DNA of 54,725 nt from Thermoanaerobaculia bacterium. GTDB lineage: Bacteria; Acidobacteriota; Thermoanaerobaculia; UBA5066. The stretch covers positions 1 through 54,725 of the forward strand of contig DATIFW010000253.1 in assembly GCA_035455045.1 (NCBI GenBank). Reading direction: 5' to 3'. The notes beneath the pieces were generated by a model. The model worked only from the letters and a program-made list of their open reading frames with translations, was not told where the DNA came from and did not search any database. A program made the position numbers and the translations under genes. Shown one piece after another: positions 21,119-30,248 of this stretch (positions are counted from its first letter, which is position 1; the number at the start of each line of letters is the position of its first letter).

Positions 21119-22486
21119 ATGCGAAAGAGGGATCTTCTGCTGGTTCTCGCCGCACCGGCCTTCGCCGCCACGAGCCTCGTCGCCGCCGAGGCGCCGCTGA
21201 CAGTCCGGTGCGGCATTCTCCTGGATCCGGCGACGCGATCGTCGAAGGCGAACGTGGAGATTTTCTTAGAAGGAGGAAAGGTCGCGCGCCTCGCTCCATC
21301 GGGAGCTCCGCCCGCACCCCCGCCCTCTTCACCTTCTAAGAAATCCCCCGGCGCCGTTCCGGCGAGCGCAGAAGGGGCGTCGAAAAACGAGGGCGTTCTG
21401 GATCTGTCCTCCTACACCTGCGTCCCCGGCTTCATCGACGCGCACACGCACCTCCTCCTCCAGGGCGACGCGACGTCCGCCGAATACGACGAGCAGATGC
21501 TCCTCGAGTCGGGCCCCTATCGGGCCCTGCGTGCCGCCCGCGCGGCGACGATCGCCCTCGACCACGGCTTCACGACGGTGCGCGACCTGGGGACCGAAGG
21601 CGCCGGCTTTTCGGACGTGGATCTCAAGCGAGCCTTCGACAAGGGCATCCTCCAGGGACCGCGCGTCTTCACGTCGGGTCCGGCGATGAGCGTCACGGGC
21701 GGCTATCCGCTTCTCGGCTACTCCTGGGAGCGGAAGATGCCCGACGGCGTTCTGAAGTGCGACGGGCCCGACGACTGCCGCAGGGCCGTGCGCTTCCAGG
21801 TCCAGAACGGCGTCGACTGGATCAAGGTCTACGCGGACCGCAGCTACTACCGCACGCCGGACGGCGGCTGGGCCGCGATCGCGAACTTCACGCCCGAGGA
21901 GATGAAGGCCATCGTGGAGGAAGCGCACAAGCTGAGGAAGAAGGTCGCCGCACACTCCATGACGCCGTCGGGCCACCGCGTCGCGCTCTCGGCGGGCGTG
22001 GATTCGCTCGAGCACGGCGATGTGCTGGATGACGAAACCGTCAAGGCGATGGTTGCCAGGAAAGTCGCGTACTGTCCGACGATCACGGTCGCGGACTTCG
22101 TGAGGGGCCCGCGGTCGAAGACGAACCCGATCTGGGACCAGCTCTGGGCCGCGTCGCAGGACTCCTTCAAAAGAGCCTACAAGGCCGGCGTCCCGATCGC
22201 GTTCGGAACGGACGCGGGCGGGTTCGACTGGGACAAGCGGAATCAGGCCGAAGAGTTTTCTTTCATGGTCGCGTGGGGCATGACGCCGTGGGACGCGCTC
22301 CGCTCGGCGACGGTCGTCGCGGCCGACCTCCTCGGGCCGCAGAACGAGGTAAAGCTCGGCTGCCTCGACGCGGGGTGCGTCGCGGACCTCGTGGCCGTGG
22401 CCGGGAACCCGCTGACGGACATCAAGGTGACGGAGAAGACGGTCGCGGTGGTCTCGCGCGGAAAGGTCGTCAAGAGGCCCGATTGA
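21119..22486 (+). CDS. Secreted amidohydrolase-family metallohydrolase (imidazolonepropionase / Xaa-Pro dipeptidase-like)
   Basis: Signal 'LLLVLAAPAFAATSLVAA', 'VPGFIDAHTHL' (HxH), 'AAHSM', 'SLEHG', 'FGTDAG'. Contains a Pro/Ser-rich insert 'APSGAPPAPPPSSPSKKSPGAVPASAEGASKNE'. Confidence 0.85.
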   Translation: MRKRDLLLVLAAPAFAATSLVAAEAPLTVRCGILLDPATRSSKANVEIFLEGGKVARLAPSGAPPAPPPSSPSKKSPGAVPASAEGASKNEGVLDLSSYTCVPGFIDAHTHLLLQGDATSAEYDEQMLLESGPYRALRAARAATIALDHGFTTVRDLGTEGAGFSDVDLKRAFDKGILQGPRVFTSGPAMSVTGGYPLLGYSWERKMPDGVLKCDGPDDCRRAVRFQVQNGVDWIKVYADRSYYRTPDGGWAAIANFTPEEMKAIVEEAHKLRKKVAAHSMTPSGHRVALSAGVDSLEHGDVLDDETVKAMVARKVAYCPTITVADFVRGPRSKTNPIWDQLWAASQDSFKRAYKAGVPIAFGTDAGGFDWDKRNQAEEFSFMVAWGMTPWDALRSATVVAADLLGPQNEVKLGCLDAGCVADLVAVAGNPLTDIKVTEKTVAVVSRGKVVKRPD

Positions 22487-23175
22487 CGAGGACCCGGCCG
22501 CTTCGTGCTGCGCTCTCGCTAACCGCATCGCTGTTTTTCTTAGAAGGTGAATGTGCCCTCGCACAACCACCGGCGGCGCAACAGGAGCCGCCCGCGCAAA
22601 CTGCCTCTTTCTCATTACCCTTCGAAGAAAATCTTCAACGCCCTTCCCCTCCTGATCGGACTTCGCTCGACGCGCGCGGGGGTTGGAGTGTGTTTGCCTC
22701 CTACGGCCAGGCGTCCGCGCCTCGGTCGCAGGGGTTCGCGGAGGGCGCAACGCTTTCGGTGACGCGCGATCTTCAGCTCGGGGGTCGCTTCTCGCTGGGC
22801 ATCGAGCTCACGCCGCTCTTCGTCGTGAACCAGACGCGCGTGGACCTGCCTCTCCGCCCGCGCGAGGTCGCGTACGCCGTCGCCGTCGCCCCCCTCCTCG
22901 CGTGGACCTACCTGCCGAGGACCTCGCGTCTCGGTCTGAGGCTCGAGGGGGCCGTCGGCATCTTCTGGGGTTTCTCGCGGATTCCCGCGGAGGGCTCGCG
23001 ATTCAACTTCCTCGACGAGTTCGCGGGGCTCATCCTCGTCCGCGCCGGAACCGATCGCGTCGTCTCACTCGGCATCCGGCGCGTCCACGTCTCGAATCTC
23101 GGCCTCGCCGGGTCGGACAACCCCGGACTGAGCTTCTACTCAGGCGTCGTCGGCCTTTCGTGGCCGGCCCGCTGA
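22483..23175 (+). CDS. Outer-membrane acyloxyacyl hydrolase / lipid A 3-O-deacylase (PagL)-like beta-barrel
   Basis: Signal 'LRAALSLTASLFFLEGECALAQ', alternating beta-strand pattern, C-terminal 'RRVHVSNLGLAGSDNPGLSFYSGVVGLSW' (H-x-S-N motif of the PagL family as I remember it). TTG start overlaps the upstream stop (TTGA). Confidence 0.6.
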   Translation: MTRTRPLRAALSLTASLFFLEGECALAQPPAAQQEPPAQTASFSLPFEENLQRPSPPDRTSLDARGGWSVFASYGQASAPRSQGFAEGATLSVTRDLQLGGRFSLGIELTPLFVVNQTRVDLPLRPREVAYAVAVAPLLAWTYLPRTSRLGLRLEGAVGIFWGFSRIPAEGSRFNFLDEFAGLILVRAGTDRVVSLGIRRVHVSNLGLAGSDNPGLSFYSGVVGLSWPAR

Positions 23176-23190
23176 CGTATCCTTTCGTCA

Positions 23191-25869
23191 GTGCCCCTCG
23201 CCCCCGGAACACGGCTCGGCCCGTTCGAGGTCCTGGAACCGCTGGGATCGGGATCGATGGGCGACGTCTATCGCGCAAAGGACACCCGGCTCGGTCGGGA
23301 CGTGGCCCTCAAGGTCCTGTCGCCCCACCTCCTGTCGGACCGCGAGGGACTCCTGCGATTCGCGCAGGAAGCGCGCGCCGCCTCCGCGCTGAACCATCCG
23401 AGCATCGTCACGATCTACGAGATCGGGCAGGCCGCCGGCATGCCTTATCTCGCGATGGAGTTCATCACGGGAAAGACCGTGCGGGAGATCATTTCGGACG
23501 GCCCTTTGCCCGTCCGCCGCCTCGTGGATCTCGCCGCGCAGCTCACGGACGGGCTCGCCCGCGCTCACGGCGTGCGCATCGTCCACCGGGACCTCAAGCC
23601 GGAAAACCTCATGGTCTCGGCAGACGGGTTCCTCAAGATCCTCGACTTCGGAATCGCCAAGCTGTCGGACTCCTCACCCGCGAAATCCGAGACTCCATTC
23701 CTCACCGAGGTCGGCATGACGATCGGGACGCCTTCGTACATGTCGCCCGAGCAGGCCTCGGGTCGCCCCGTCGATTTCCGTTCCGACCAGTTCTCCGCGG
23801 GACTGATCCTCTACGAGCTCGCGACCGGAAAGAGGGCGTTCCATCGCGCGAATACCCCGGAAACGCTCACGGCCATCATCCGCGAGGATCCGGAGCCGCT
23901 CACCGCGCTGGCACCGCGCCTTCCCGCGCCCGTTCGCTGGATCATCGAACGCTGCCTTTCCAAGGACCCCGACGAGCGCTACGCCTCGACGCGAGATCTC
24001 GCGCGCGATCTCAAGCAGATGCAGCTCAACACGGACGGCCTCTTCGGGACCGAGAGCCTGTCGGCCTCGAGCTCCTCCGCGACCTCCTCCACGGCCGCGG
24101 TGGAAGGCGAGCCCGCCGGCAAGCCGGCCTCTCTCGGGCGCCACGTGGGCCGCATCGTCGCCGCGACGCTGGGCATCCTCGCGCTCATCACGGCCGGCGC
24201 GGGATTCGGGTACTGGCTCCGCCGCGAGGTCAGCGACGCCCCGGCGCCGAGCTGGACGGGATCTCTCGTGATGGGCGGATCGACGCGCGTCCTCGCGCCG
24301 CGAGGATCGCCGGACGGGCGCCGCATCGCATTCCTCACGGTCGTGGGAGGCCTCGCGCAGGTCGCGGTCATGGACCCGTTCTCGGGAGATTGGACCGTCC
24401 TCACGAAGCGGAGGGACGCGGGCGGCTCGGTGCACCGTGTCGAATGGTCCGCGGACGGCTCGCGCCTCTTTTTCGACCGCGTCACGGACGTGCCGCTCGG
24501 TGTCTTCAGCATCCCTTCGCTCGGTGGAGACGAGCGGCTCGTCCTCGACGGCGTCCAGGGGCCCGTGCCGCTCCCCGATGGAAGCCTGCTCGTCGTGAAG
24601 CTCGACGAGGAGCATCGCTTCGTGCTGGTGAGGTTCTGGCCCGACACCGGAAAACAGAAGTCCGTCGGCCCGCCGGTTTTACCCGATTCACCCGACCTCC
24701 TCGCGCGCCTCCTCCCGGACGGAAAGGACATCCTCGTCTGGGGGCGCTTTGCCGGAGAGAAAGACGCGGGCGGCAAGCGCACGCACCTCCTGAATCTCGA
24801 GACCGGCGCCGTGACGGCATTCCTGCCCGGAGTGAGCCTCGCGCCCCCCTTCCTTCCGTTGCGCGACAACCGTCACGTGCTGGCGCGCGTGCAAGCCGGC
24901 GACCTTCATCGCATCGTCTCGGTGCAGCGCGATGGCGCGGCCGTCCAGACGCTGCTCACGGTCGCCTCGCGGCCCCGCTACCTCGTCGAGGGGGAAAGCG
25001 GCGCGCTCTACGTGGGTTTCGCGGAGAGCGCCGGAGACGTGTTGCGCTTTCCCACGGCCGGAGGCGTGCCGGAGCGGCTCGCCGCGATGCCCGCGGGTCT
25101 CGCGATGACACCGGTCGAATTTCCGGACGGCCGCCTGCTCGTGCCGGGGGTGGTGGCCGGCCGCCGGCAGCTCCTCGTCACGGGACCTGAGGGTGAGCTG
25201 CGGCCGCTTCTGGGCTCGTCGGAGGCGGCGTTCCCCCCGGTCGCCGTCTCGCCTTCCGGAATCGTGGCCTTCTTGACCGGCGCCTCGGGCGCGCCACCGC
25301 AGCTCGGCATCGCCTCCATCGCCGACGGGCGGCTCCTGAAGAGGCACGCTCTTCCCAAGGGGACAGTCCCGGCGGCACTCGCCGCGTCCCGCGACGGGAA
25401 GACGTTCTTTTTCGCCGATGCGGGCACCATCTCCTCCCTCGACGGCTCGAGCGGAACGACGAAGGCGCTCTGCGCAGGGCATGGCGTGGCCGGCGATCCG
25501 ACCGCCGACGAGATCGTGGTCCAGCGCAACGCGGCCTCCGGCGTGCAGCTCGTCCGCGTGGCGCTCGCATCGGGAGTCGAGACCCCGATCCTCACGACCG
25601 GGCCGCTCAAGCTGGCTCCGGCGGTCTTCGCGCAGGGAGCGATCGGCCCCGATCGCCGCATCCTCGTCGCGGCCATTTCCCAGGACACGTGGGCTCCCGT
25701 GCCCGCGCTCCTCGATCCGGGCACGGGCAGCATCACGGTCGTGCCGGTCAGCTACGACGGCGAGATCGTGGCGACCGCGTGGGGCCGAAGCGGCCTCGTC
25801 CTCGGCATGGGCCTGGGGTCCCGGGGGGAGTTCTGGGCTTTCCGCCCGCGCGAAACGGCCGGGCCCTGA
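23191..25869 (+). CDS. Ser/Thr protein kinase with TM segment and C-terminal TolB/WD40-like beta-propeller repeats
   Basis: 'LGSGSMGDVYRAKD..VALKVL', 'HRDLKPENLMV', 'DFGIAK', 'GTPSYMSPEQ'. TM 'IVAATLGILALITAGAGFGYWL'. Then repeated 'SPDGRRIAF / SADGSRLFF / LPDGKDILV / SRDGKTFFF' propeller motifs. Confidence 0.9.
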   Translation: MPLAPGTRLGPFEVLEPLGSGSMGDVYRAKDTRLGRDVALKVLSPHLLSDREGLLRFAQEARAASALNHPSIVTIYEIGQAAGMPYLAMEFITGKTVREIISDGPLPVRRLVDLAAQLTDGLARAHGVRIVHRDLKPENLMVSADGFLKILDFGIAKLSDSSPAKSETPFLTEVGMTIGTPSYMSPEQASGRPVDFRSDQFSAGLILYELATGKRAFHRANTPETLTAIIREDPEPLTALAPRLPAPVRWIIERCLSKDPDERYASTRDLARDLKQMQLNTDGLFGTESLSASSSSATSSTAAVEGEPAGKPASLGRHVGRIVAATLGILALITAGAGFGYWLRREVSDAPAPSWTGSLVMGGSTRVLAPRGSPDGRRIAFLTVVGGLAQVAVMDPFSGDWTVLTKRRDAGGSVHRVEWSADGSRLFFDRVTDVPLGVFSIPSLGGDERLVLDGVQGPVPLPDGSLLVVKLDEEHRFVLVRFWPDTGKQKSVGPPVLPDSPDLLARLLPDGKDILVWGRFAGEKDAGGKRTHLLNLETGAVTAFLPGVSLAPPFLPLRDNRHVLARVQAGDLHRIVSVQRDGAAVQTLLTVASRPRYLVEGESGALYVGFAESAGDVLRFPTAGGVPERLAAMPAGLAMTPVEFPDGRLLVPGVVAGRRQLLVTGPEGELRPLLGSSEAAFPPVAVSPSGIVAFLTGASGAPPQLGIASIADGRLLKRHALPKGTVPAALAASRDGKTFFFADAGTISSLDGSSGTTKALCAGHGVAGDPTADEIVVQRNAASGVQLVRVALASGVETPILTTGPLKLAPAVFAQGAIGPDRRILVAAISQDTWAPVPALLDPGTGSITVVPVSYDGEIVATAWGRSGLVLGMGLGSRGEFWAFRPRETAGP

Positions 25870-25873
25870 AGGC

Positions 25874-27283
25874 TCATTTCGGCCGGTAGCCCTTCGCCCC
25901 CACCTTCCCGAGCGCGCCGATGCTCTCGAAGTACTTCGCGAAGGCGATCATGCCGCCTTCGGCCTGCTCCCAGTCGTAGTTCTCGTTCGGCGAGTGGTAG
26001 CCGTGCTCGGGGAGCGAGAGGCCGAGGAAGAGGACCGGCGCCTTCAGGATCCTTTCCATCGTGATGACGGCGCCGATCGAGCCGCCCTCGCGGACGAAGA
26101 CGGGCTCCACGCCGAACGCGAACTTCACCGAGCTTCGCACCGCGTCGGCGAGCGGTCCCGCCGTGATGCCTCGATACGGGTCGAGGCGGCCCTCCAGGCG
26201 GACCTTCACGTCGGGGTTCTTCGACTTCACGAACTTCTCGATGAGCTTCGTGATCTTGTCGCCGGTCTGGTTCGGGACGAGGCGGCACGAGACCTTCACC
26301 TCGGCGCGCGGCGGGATGATCGTCTTCACGCCCGGACCCGTGTAGCCGCCGACGACGCCGTGGACCTCGAACGTGGGCCTCGCCCAGATGCGCTTCATGA
26401 CGTCGAGCACATCGTTCGAGCGGATGGACTTGAAGAGGTGGTCCTTCTTGAAGCCCGAGATCGTGAAGCCGGACCTCCGGAAGTCCGCGAGCTCCTCCTT
26501 CGACGTCGGGACGACGTCGTCGTAGAAGCCGGGAATCTTGACGCGCCCCGTCCTCGCATCGAAGCAGTCGGCGACGAGCTGCATGAGCTCGGCGATCGGG
26601 TTGCGCGCCGCGCCGCCCGTCACGCCGGAGTGCTGGTCGGTCGTGCCGGTCTCGAGCGTGAAAAGCAGGCCCTGAAGGCCGCGGAGCCCGGCCGGCGACG
26701 CCGGTTTGCCGCGCGCGATCCAGATCGTGTCGGAGACGATGATCGAGTCGGTCGCGAGAGCCTCCTTGGCTCCCCCGACGCCCCTCGCGAAGCTCGGCGA
26801 GCCGATCTCCTCCTCGAACTCCCAGAGAAATCTCACGTTCACGGGCACGCCCGCGTCCACCGCGGCTTTCGCGCCGAAGAGCGCGGAGAGCGCGGGACCC
26901 TTGTCGTCCGTGGTCCCGCGCCCGAAATAGCGGTCGCCCTTCTTGGTCAAGACGAAGGGGTCCGTCTCCCAGGGTTCGGTTTCCCTCGAGGCGGGCTGGA
27001 CGTCGAGATGGTTGTAAACCGTGACGGTGGGACGCGACGGGTCGCTGCCCCACGTGCCGCTGACGATCGGATTGCCCCCCGACTGGTGGACGGCAGGCGT
27101 TCCCGAGAAGGCGCGGATCGTCTCTTCGGCCAGCTTCACGCCGTCCCGGATCGCGGCCTTCTTTTCGGGGTCGACGGAGACCGTCTGACACTCCACGAAA
27201 TCGCGGAGCAGCCCCTCGAAGCGGGAGCGGTTCTCGCGGGCGAACGTGGTCAGGGCTTCCTTGGTGAGCGCGGATGTATTCAT
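25874..27283 (-). CDS. M20-family dipeptidase / metallohydrolase
   Basis: 'TVTVYNHLDVQP', 'GRGTTDDKGP', 'FLWEFEEEIGS', 'PEHGYHSPNE'. Start at ATG 27283 (MNTSALTKE...). Confidence 0.9.
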   Translation of the reverse strand: MNTSALTKEALTTFARENRSRFEGLLRDFVECQTVSVDPEKKAAIRDGVKLAEETIRAFSGTPAVHQSGGNPIVSGTWGSDPSRPTVTVYNHLDVQPASRETEPWETDPFVLTKKGDRYFGRGTTDDKGPALSALFGAKAAVDAGVPVNVRFLWEFEEEIGSPSFARGVGGAKEALATDSIIVSDTIWIARGKPASPAGLRGLQGLLFTLETGTTDQHSGVTGGAARNPIAELMQLVADCFDARTGRVKIPGFYDDVVPTSKEELADFRRSGFTISGFKKDHLFKSIRSNDVLDVMKRIWARPTFEVHGVVGGYTGPGVKTIIPPRAEVKVSCRLVPNQTGDKITKLIEKFVKSKNPDVKVRLEGRLDPYRGITAGPLADAVRSSVKFAFGVEPVFVREGGSIGAVITMERILKAPVLFLGLSLPEHGYHSPNENYDWEQAEGGMIAFAKYFESIGALGKVGAKGYRPK

Positions 27284-27375
27284 GGATGGTTCAGTCGATC
27301 CTTTCGCGGCGGGCTGCAAGAGTACGAGAGTGGGAGTGTAGCGGGCTCCCCCCGCCGCCGCGACGTTCGGGCGCC

Positions 27376-27882
27376 TCAACCCGGCGTGAAATCGCGGCCG
27401 AACCTCACGAGCGTTCGGAACGAGTTGCTGTCATCCTCGTCGGGACCTTCGTCGAAAGCGGCCTGCGAGGGCCAGAAGAACGACCAGACCGCCCGTCCGC
27501 CGGCATAGCGCGTCTCGTCCGCCTCGCCGAAGAATCGCTCGAAGTTCTCACCGAGGGCCTTGGACAGGTTGGTGAAGACCTTCTCGTTCGGCGCGCCGAC
27601 GGAGACGAGCGCGGACTGTGTCGCTCCGAGCCTCCGCTGCGAGAGGGCCATGTTGTACTCGTCCGAGCCGCTCCGATCCGTGCGCGCGTACATTTCGAGG
27701 ATGCTCGAAGGCCGCTGCAGCGCCGGAACGCTCATGGAAAGGAGGGTCATCTGGTGCGAGTTGAGGGCGAAGCTGTTGGTGGCAAAACCGATGACGAGGC
27801 ACACGCATTTGCCGTCGGCATGCTGCCCCGTGTACGAGGCGAGCTTGAAATCACTTCTGGCCTGGAGTTTCTTGAATAGCAT
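27376..27882 (-). CDS. Small protein with an OmpA/MotB-like peptidoglycan-binding domain and no recognisable signal peptide
   Basis: 'FATNSFALNSHQMTLL...ARTDRSGSDEYNMALSQRRLGATQSALVSVG' matches the OmpA_C core (TD-x-x-GS-x-x-YN-x-x-LS-x-RR). The N-terminus 'MLFKKLQARSDFKLASYTGQHADG' is not signal-like. Region is visibly A/T-richer. Confidence 0.6.
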   Translation of the reverse strand: MLFKKLQARSDFKLASYTGQHADGKCVCLVIGFATNSFALNSHQMTLLSMSVPALQRPSSILEMYARTDRSGSDEYNMALSQRRLGATQSALVSVGAPNEKVFTNLSKALGENFERFFGEADETRYAGGRAVWSFFWPSQAAFDEGPDEDDSNSFRTLVRFGRDFTPG

Positions 27883-27932
27883 GTCGACCTGCGGTTTCTC
27901 GCCCTCGTGACTTGGGCGCGGAAGGGTCGGGG

Positions 27933-28370
27933 TCAGCCGTTTCCCGAGGGTCCTTCGGAGGTGGGCGTCCCGGGCGGTCGGGTTCTCCTCTTGTGCATGC
28001 GCTCCTCCTCCTCCTTGAAGAGGTACTTGATCGAGCGCTTCGGAATGAGCAGATTCGGCCCGTACTCTCGGTTCAGCTTGATGACGTCCTTGTCGTACCA
28101 CTCGATCCAGCCGCGGAGCTCCTCGCCGTCCACGAGCCGGACGACGATCGGGGTCTTGCTCTGCATCTGCTTGAGGTAGTAGTACGCCTCGGCGTTCGTC
28201 TGCTCCGGGGGGACCATCTTTCGCGACGAAGGACCGCGCGACGGGACGCCCTGGTCGCGCAGGACGCGGGCCAGGGAGGGCCGGATGAGCTTCCGCGGCC
28301 CCATCTCGGCGGCTCCTTCCGCGGCGGCGGAAGGCTCTTCCGGGGTCGGCGGCTTTTTCACCGAAGCCAT
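27933..28370 (-). CDS. Hfq-like Sm-fold protein with disordered N- and C-terminal extensions
   Basis: Core '[44 protein letters not shown]' has the Sm1/Sm2 pattern of Hfq (compare E. coli '[25 protein letters not shown]...YKHAIS'). Confidence 0.6.
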   Translation of the reverse strand: MASVKKPPTPEEPSAAAEGAAEMGPRKLIRPSLARVLRDQGVPSRGPSSRKMVPPEQTNAEAYYYLKQMQSKTPIVVRLVDGEELRGWIEWYDKDVIKLNREYGPNLLIPKRSIKYLFKEEEERMHKRRTRPPGTPTSEGPSGNG

Positions 28371-28464
28371 GTCGAGGACTCCTCTTGGGGGACCCATGGG
28401 AAGGGAACGAACTTGGACGGGAGTCTATTCCGCGCTCCCAGGGAAAAGCGAGGCCCCGAAACCG

Positions 28465-29214
28465 TCAGGCGGCGGGAGCGGCCGAACGCGCGCGGTCGCC
28501 CCCGTGGCTCATGCGGCGGGCGGCCTCGATTCCGCCCTCGAGCTCGTACGCCACGCAGCATTTCAGGCGCCCGCACTGCCCGGTGAGCTTCGAGGGGTTC
28601 GGCGTCAGCCCCTGCATCTTCGCCATCTTGATGGCCACGGGGTGGAAGCTCTTGAGCCACGTCGAGCAGCAGAGCGTCAGGCCGCAGGAGCCGATTCCGC
28701 CGATCAGCTTCGTCTCGTCCCTCACGCCGATCGGTTTCATCTCGACGCGGATTTCGAAGCGATCCGAGATCCGGCGGGCGAGCTCCCGCGTCTCGGGCTT
28801 CTTTTCGGACGTGTAGAGCACGATCATCCGCCGCCGGTCGAAGCCCACCGCACACTTGACGACGTGGAGGTCCAGGTTCAGCTCGGAGACCGCCGCATCG
28901 GCGAAGAGACGGGCCGCATCCTGGAGCTCGACCCTCTCGACGTAGTCGGCGTACTCGGAGTCGGACGCGAGCCTCAGAAAGCGCTTCGCCTTCTTCGACG
29001 AGCACGCCTTCGCGAGGACCGGGGTCGTCGTCGTCACCTCGGCGAACTCGGGCCCGTTCTCGGCTTCCACGATGATCCGCTCGCCCGGTTTGACGGCGAT
29101 CTCGCCCGTGAACACGAGCGCCGTCTTTCCGTCCATCGCGTCCGCGAGGCGCACCCCGACGTAGTTGCCGCCGGGATTCGTGGAGGTACCGAGGGAGCAG
29201 CCGGTGCAGCCCAT
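28465..29214 (-). CDS. PSP1-domain protein (YaaT/RicT-like)
   Basis: 'GGIGSCGLTLCCSTWLKSFHPVAIKMAKMQGLTPNPSKLTGQCGRLKCCVAYE' is the characteristic Cys-rich PSP1 C-terminal motif. Confidence 0.85.
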   Translation of the reverse strand: MGCTGCSLGTSTNPGGNYVGVRLADAMDGKTALVFTGEIAVKPGERIIVEAENGPEFAEVTTTTPVLAKACSSKKAKRFLRLASDSEYADYVERVELQDAARLFADAAVSELNLDLHVVKCAVGFDRRRMIVLYTSEKKPETRELARRISDRFEIRVEMKPIGVRDETKLIGGIGSCGLTLCCSTWLKSFHPVAIKMAKMQGLTPNPSKLTGQCGRLKCCVAYELEGGIEAARRMSHGGDRARSAAPAA

Positions 29215-29236
29215 ACCCGGCCGATTGTGCCAGAGG

Positions 29237-30208
29237 CTATTCGCGCGCGTACAGCGCGGCCCCGAGAAGGCCCGCGTCGTCGCCGAGGGCGGCCGGGAGG
29301 ATCCGGACGGAGCCCAGGTCCTTCGTGAACACGAAAGCCTCCGCCCACCTCCTCACCTCCGAAAGATACGATTCGCCGAGGTCGACGGCCACACCGCCTC
29401 CCAGGACGAAGAGATCGGGCGAAAAAACGTTGAAGACGTTCGCCATCGCGAGGCCGACGGCTTTCGCGGAGCGGGCGACGGCGCGGAGCGCGAGCGCGTC
29501 CTTCGCCTCGATGGCGTCGCGGAGCTGCGAGCCCTTGAGCCGTGCGTCTCTCGTCGACACGGCTTTCGCGAGGCAGGTCGTCTCGCCCGCGGCGATTCTC
29601 TTCCTCAGCCACGCCGTGATTCCGACCTTCGCGGCGATGCTTTCGAGAGTTCCCTCCATCGAGCCCGGTTTCACGCGTCGGAAGTCGATGCGCGTCATCC
29701 CGATCTCGCCCGCGTTGCGGTTCCGGCCCGTGTGGATCTTCCCGTCTATGATGACCGCGCCGCCGACTCCCGTGCCGACCCACACCGCGACCATCGTGGA
29801 CGCGCCGCGGCCAGCTCCAAGCCGCGCTTCGGCGAGAGCCGCGAGCCGGACGTCGTGCCCGAGGCGCCGGCGGGCTTTCGGGAACGCTTCGCCCAAAGCC
29901 TTGACGATGTTCCAGTTCTTCACCACGAGGTTTCCCGCGCGAAGCATCACGCCCTTCTCGGCGTCGACTGCGCCGGGAGCGCCCACCGCGAGCGCGCTCA
30001 CGCGCTCCCGCGAAACACCGGCCTCCTTCAGCGCGAGGTCGGAGGCTTCGACGAGCGCTTCCGTGAGCGCCGCCGCACCGCTCTGGAAGGGCGTCTTGAC
30101 CTTGCCCCGGCCGAGAATCTTTCCGGAGGCGTTCACGACGCCCGCAAGGACCTTCGACCCGCCGAGGTCGATCCCGAGGGCGATCTCGGCCCGTTTCCGA
30201 ACGGCCAT
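29237..30208 (-). CDS. ROK-family sugar kinase (glucokinase-like)
   Basis: 'ALGIDLGGSKV', 'VWVGTGVGGAVIIDGKIHTGRNRNAGEIGM', 'LGGGV'. Start preferred at ATG 30208 because the track start at 30250 would overlap the divergent pgi start. Confidence 0.85.
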   Translation of the reverse strand: MAVRKRAEIALGIDLGGSKVLAGVVNASGKILGRGKVKTPFQSGAAALTEALVEASDLALKEAGVSRERVSALAVGAPGAVDAEKGVMLRAGNLVVKNWNIVKALGEAFPKARRRLGHDVRLAALAEARLGAGRGASTMVAVWVGTGVGGAVIIDGKIHTGRNRNAGEIGMTRIDFRRVKPGSMEGTLESIAAKVGITAWLRKRIAAGETTCLAKAVSTRDARLKGSQLRDAIEAKDALALRAVARSAKAVGLAMANVFNVFSPDLFVLGGGVAVDLGESYLSEVRRWAEAFVFTKDLGSVRILPAALGDDAGLLGAALYARE

Positions 30209-30248
30209 CGCCACCTCCCTCTTGCAGCGGGAAGGATAGTCTTCACCC

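Noticed and set aside
19044-21332. 762-aa minus-strand ORF, and the N-terminal 574 codons of plus-strand ORF 19397-22486.
   Set aside because: Both overlap the sugar transferase and DinB genes and are Arg-rich nonsense. Only the part from ATG 21119 (signal peptide onward) is a credible amidohydrolase.
22683-25190. 835-aa plus-strand ORF.
   Set aside because: It is out of frame with the PagL-like and kinase genes, which carry clear motifs. Its composition is about a quarter Arg by eye.
25418-27508. 696-aa plus-strand ORF and the 479-aa ORF 25752-27191.
   Set aside because: They are shadows of the M20 peptidase gene and the kinase 3' end. No domains are present.
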